This document shows positions 62,520 to 64,000 of a stretch of DNA of 64,000 nucleotides, piece by piece (the stretch's first letter is position 1; the number at the start of each line of letters is the position of its first letter). The notes below the pieces were generated by a model. The model saw only the letters and a program-made list of their open reading frames with translations, ran no database searches and was not told the origin of the DNA. Source of the DNA: Antedon mediterranea (lineage: Eukaryota; Animalia; Echinodermata); the NCBI RefSeq assembly GCF_964355755.1, contig NC_092672.1, forward strand, positions 9,486,001-9,550,000, read 5' to 3'. The position numbers and the translations under genes were made by a program.

Positions 62520-64000
62520 GTGTTATCTTATTATAGTCAAATAAGTGCATTTTAAACCCCAGTTACTTCCAGTCAATTTTACAATTTCTTACAGTTTTTA
62601 AAGGTAAATATTTACCTAATATAACTATTATGTCACATTAAAATGGAATATTAAAAAAAAAAAAATGTAAAAAATTTAGAGGGAAAATATATATTTATAA
62701 TTGTTTCTTATCATTATTAAAGTTTCTTTGCTAAATCACCAATTGTATTTATTACATAACCGTGTTTAATATTGTATATATAGATTTGTATTAACAATGC
62801 CATGACAAGATTTTGTTTAGAGGCCTAATGACATTTTTTCAATGGTTTTGATGGTACCAGTTTTATTATTACTGTATTTCTAACGAACATCCTAACGACA
62901 TGACTCTATAGACAGTACAATTACTGCAGTAATAACAGTTTAGACAGTACAATTACTGCAGTAATAACAGTTTATACTTAATTGTTGTTGAACTTGTGCT
63001 TTATAGTGTTTTCTTTAAAACAGAATAAATCTTGTATTTGGTATCATCACCTTATAATTACATAAAGTAATACATAAGTCAAATTATCGTGTCTTTTGAA
63101 TAATAATTTCATGTTTGATTTTGTTTAATTCCTCCTCTCTCCAGAAACCGATTTGGGCCAAATCGATTTGGGCCAAATTACCTCGGATTCTTATTATCAA
63201 TAATGGGAAAGCGTGCAGTAATTATCTGCGATACAACGCCGGTTTTCATTCGCTATGATCTACAAACTTGTTGGTCAGTTGGTACGGTCCTGGGATTTTC
63301 GAATCAAATCGCTTTATTTCGTCCTCAATAGGAAAATACTTTGAGTGTATTAAAATAGTACAGTACATACAAATATTTATTTATTTAAGAATATGTCGCG
63401 AATATTACTAACATTTACTAAAAAGCGAAACGTGCAGTTATTGTGACGGAGGATTTTTCTGCATGACAGCGTGGTTTGAGAACAATCATTAAATAGTTCT
63501 TAAAATTGAAACTCTAAAAGTTCACAAAACGAAGTACTGTGTACTTAATAGGTTAAAAATGTCTTACCTGTCTTTTTTTCTTCAATGTTAATAGTAAAAG
63601 CTACAATACCGATTAAAGTAACTCCGATATTCTTAGTTCGTCGGTTTTCGGTGTAAATAGTTCACACCATTGAAGGCAGATAGTTATAACGGTATTACAT
63701 TACTTAACAGGCGTTGCTTGTATTTGATTGGCTGATACCTCCAGATAATTAGTTAGTATTTTACAAAATAAAAGAATTCGGTTAATTCTTTTATGTTGGA
63801 ATCTACGTCATTGTATTAAAGGTATTAATTCCTCAACAATTAAATATGGGCGTTGAAAGATGATGTAGCCCACCAACAGAAAATCCTCTTAAGTGATTGT
63901 AAGTTGTACAGTATAATAATAGTTCATAATACGTACGACTCTGTGTCAGTTACCAGAACATTCACTGAATCATAATTCAACATAAAGATATATAACACAT

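Larger units (their letters stand above)
59490..63943. repeat. ~2226-bp near-identical tandem duplication (59490-61715 / 61716-63943)
   Basis: Constant ~2226 offset (e.g. ORFs 59804 and 62030); TGT microhomology at the junction; a few SNPs and indels. Confidence 0.92.

Overview
AT-rich animal (invertebrate) genomic DNA with GT-AG introns; the repeat content and genes suggest an invertebrate deuterostome such as an echinoderm (inference only). Positions 187-5353 (- strand) hold a complete 11-exon alanine-glyoxylate aminotransferase gene (AGXT-like, 416 aa) with an N-terminal mitochondrial-type presequence and no C-terminal PTS1. The rest of the window is a tail-to-tail cluster of single-coding-exon class A (rhodopsin-family) orphan GPCRs. 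The + strand array (8.7-34.2 kb) has four intact genes, three disrupted genes and relic fragments. The - strand array (38.8-59.2 kb) has four near-identical intact genes in ~5.3-kb tandem units. The receptors share an unusual signature: no W6.48 or P5.50, invariant D3.33/D5.43/R7.39, and a WPDMYNG-CxxC-C ECL2. Intergenic DNA carries many transposon relics (long-TIR Academ-like, P-like, ISL2EU-like and Harbinger-like elements, helentron-like elements, three LINE fragments, a tRNA-SINE), new minisatellites and a 2.2-kb tandem duplication. A pervasive mutational signature is visible: short insertions at TA (TA>TAGGCCTA, TAGGCTA, TACCGGTA, TACAGTA) resembling DNA-transposon excision footprints. 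These have frameshifted one receptor, probably added two codons to another, and appear stacked three times in the AGXT intron-1 donor. All coordinates were read by hand; no database searches were run.
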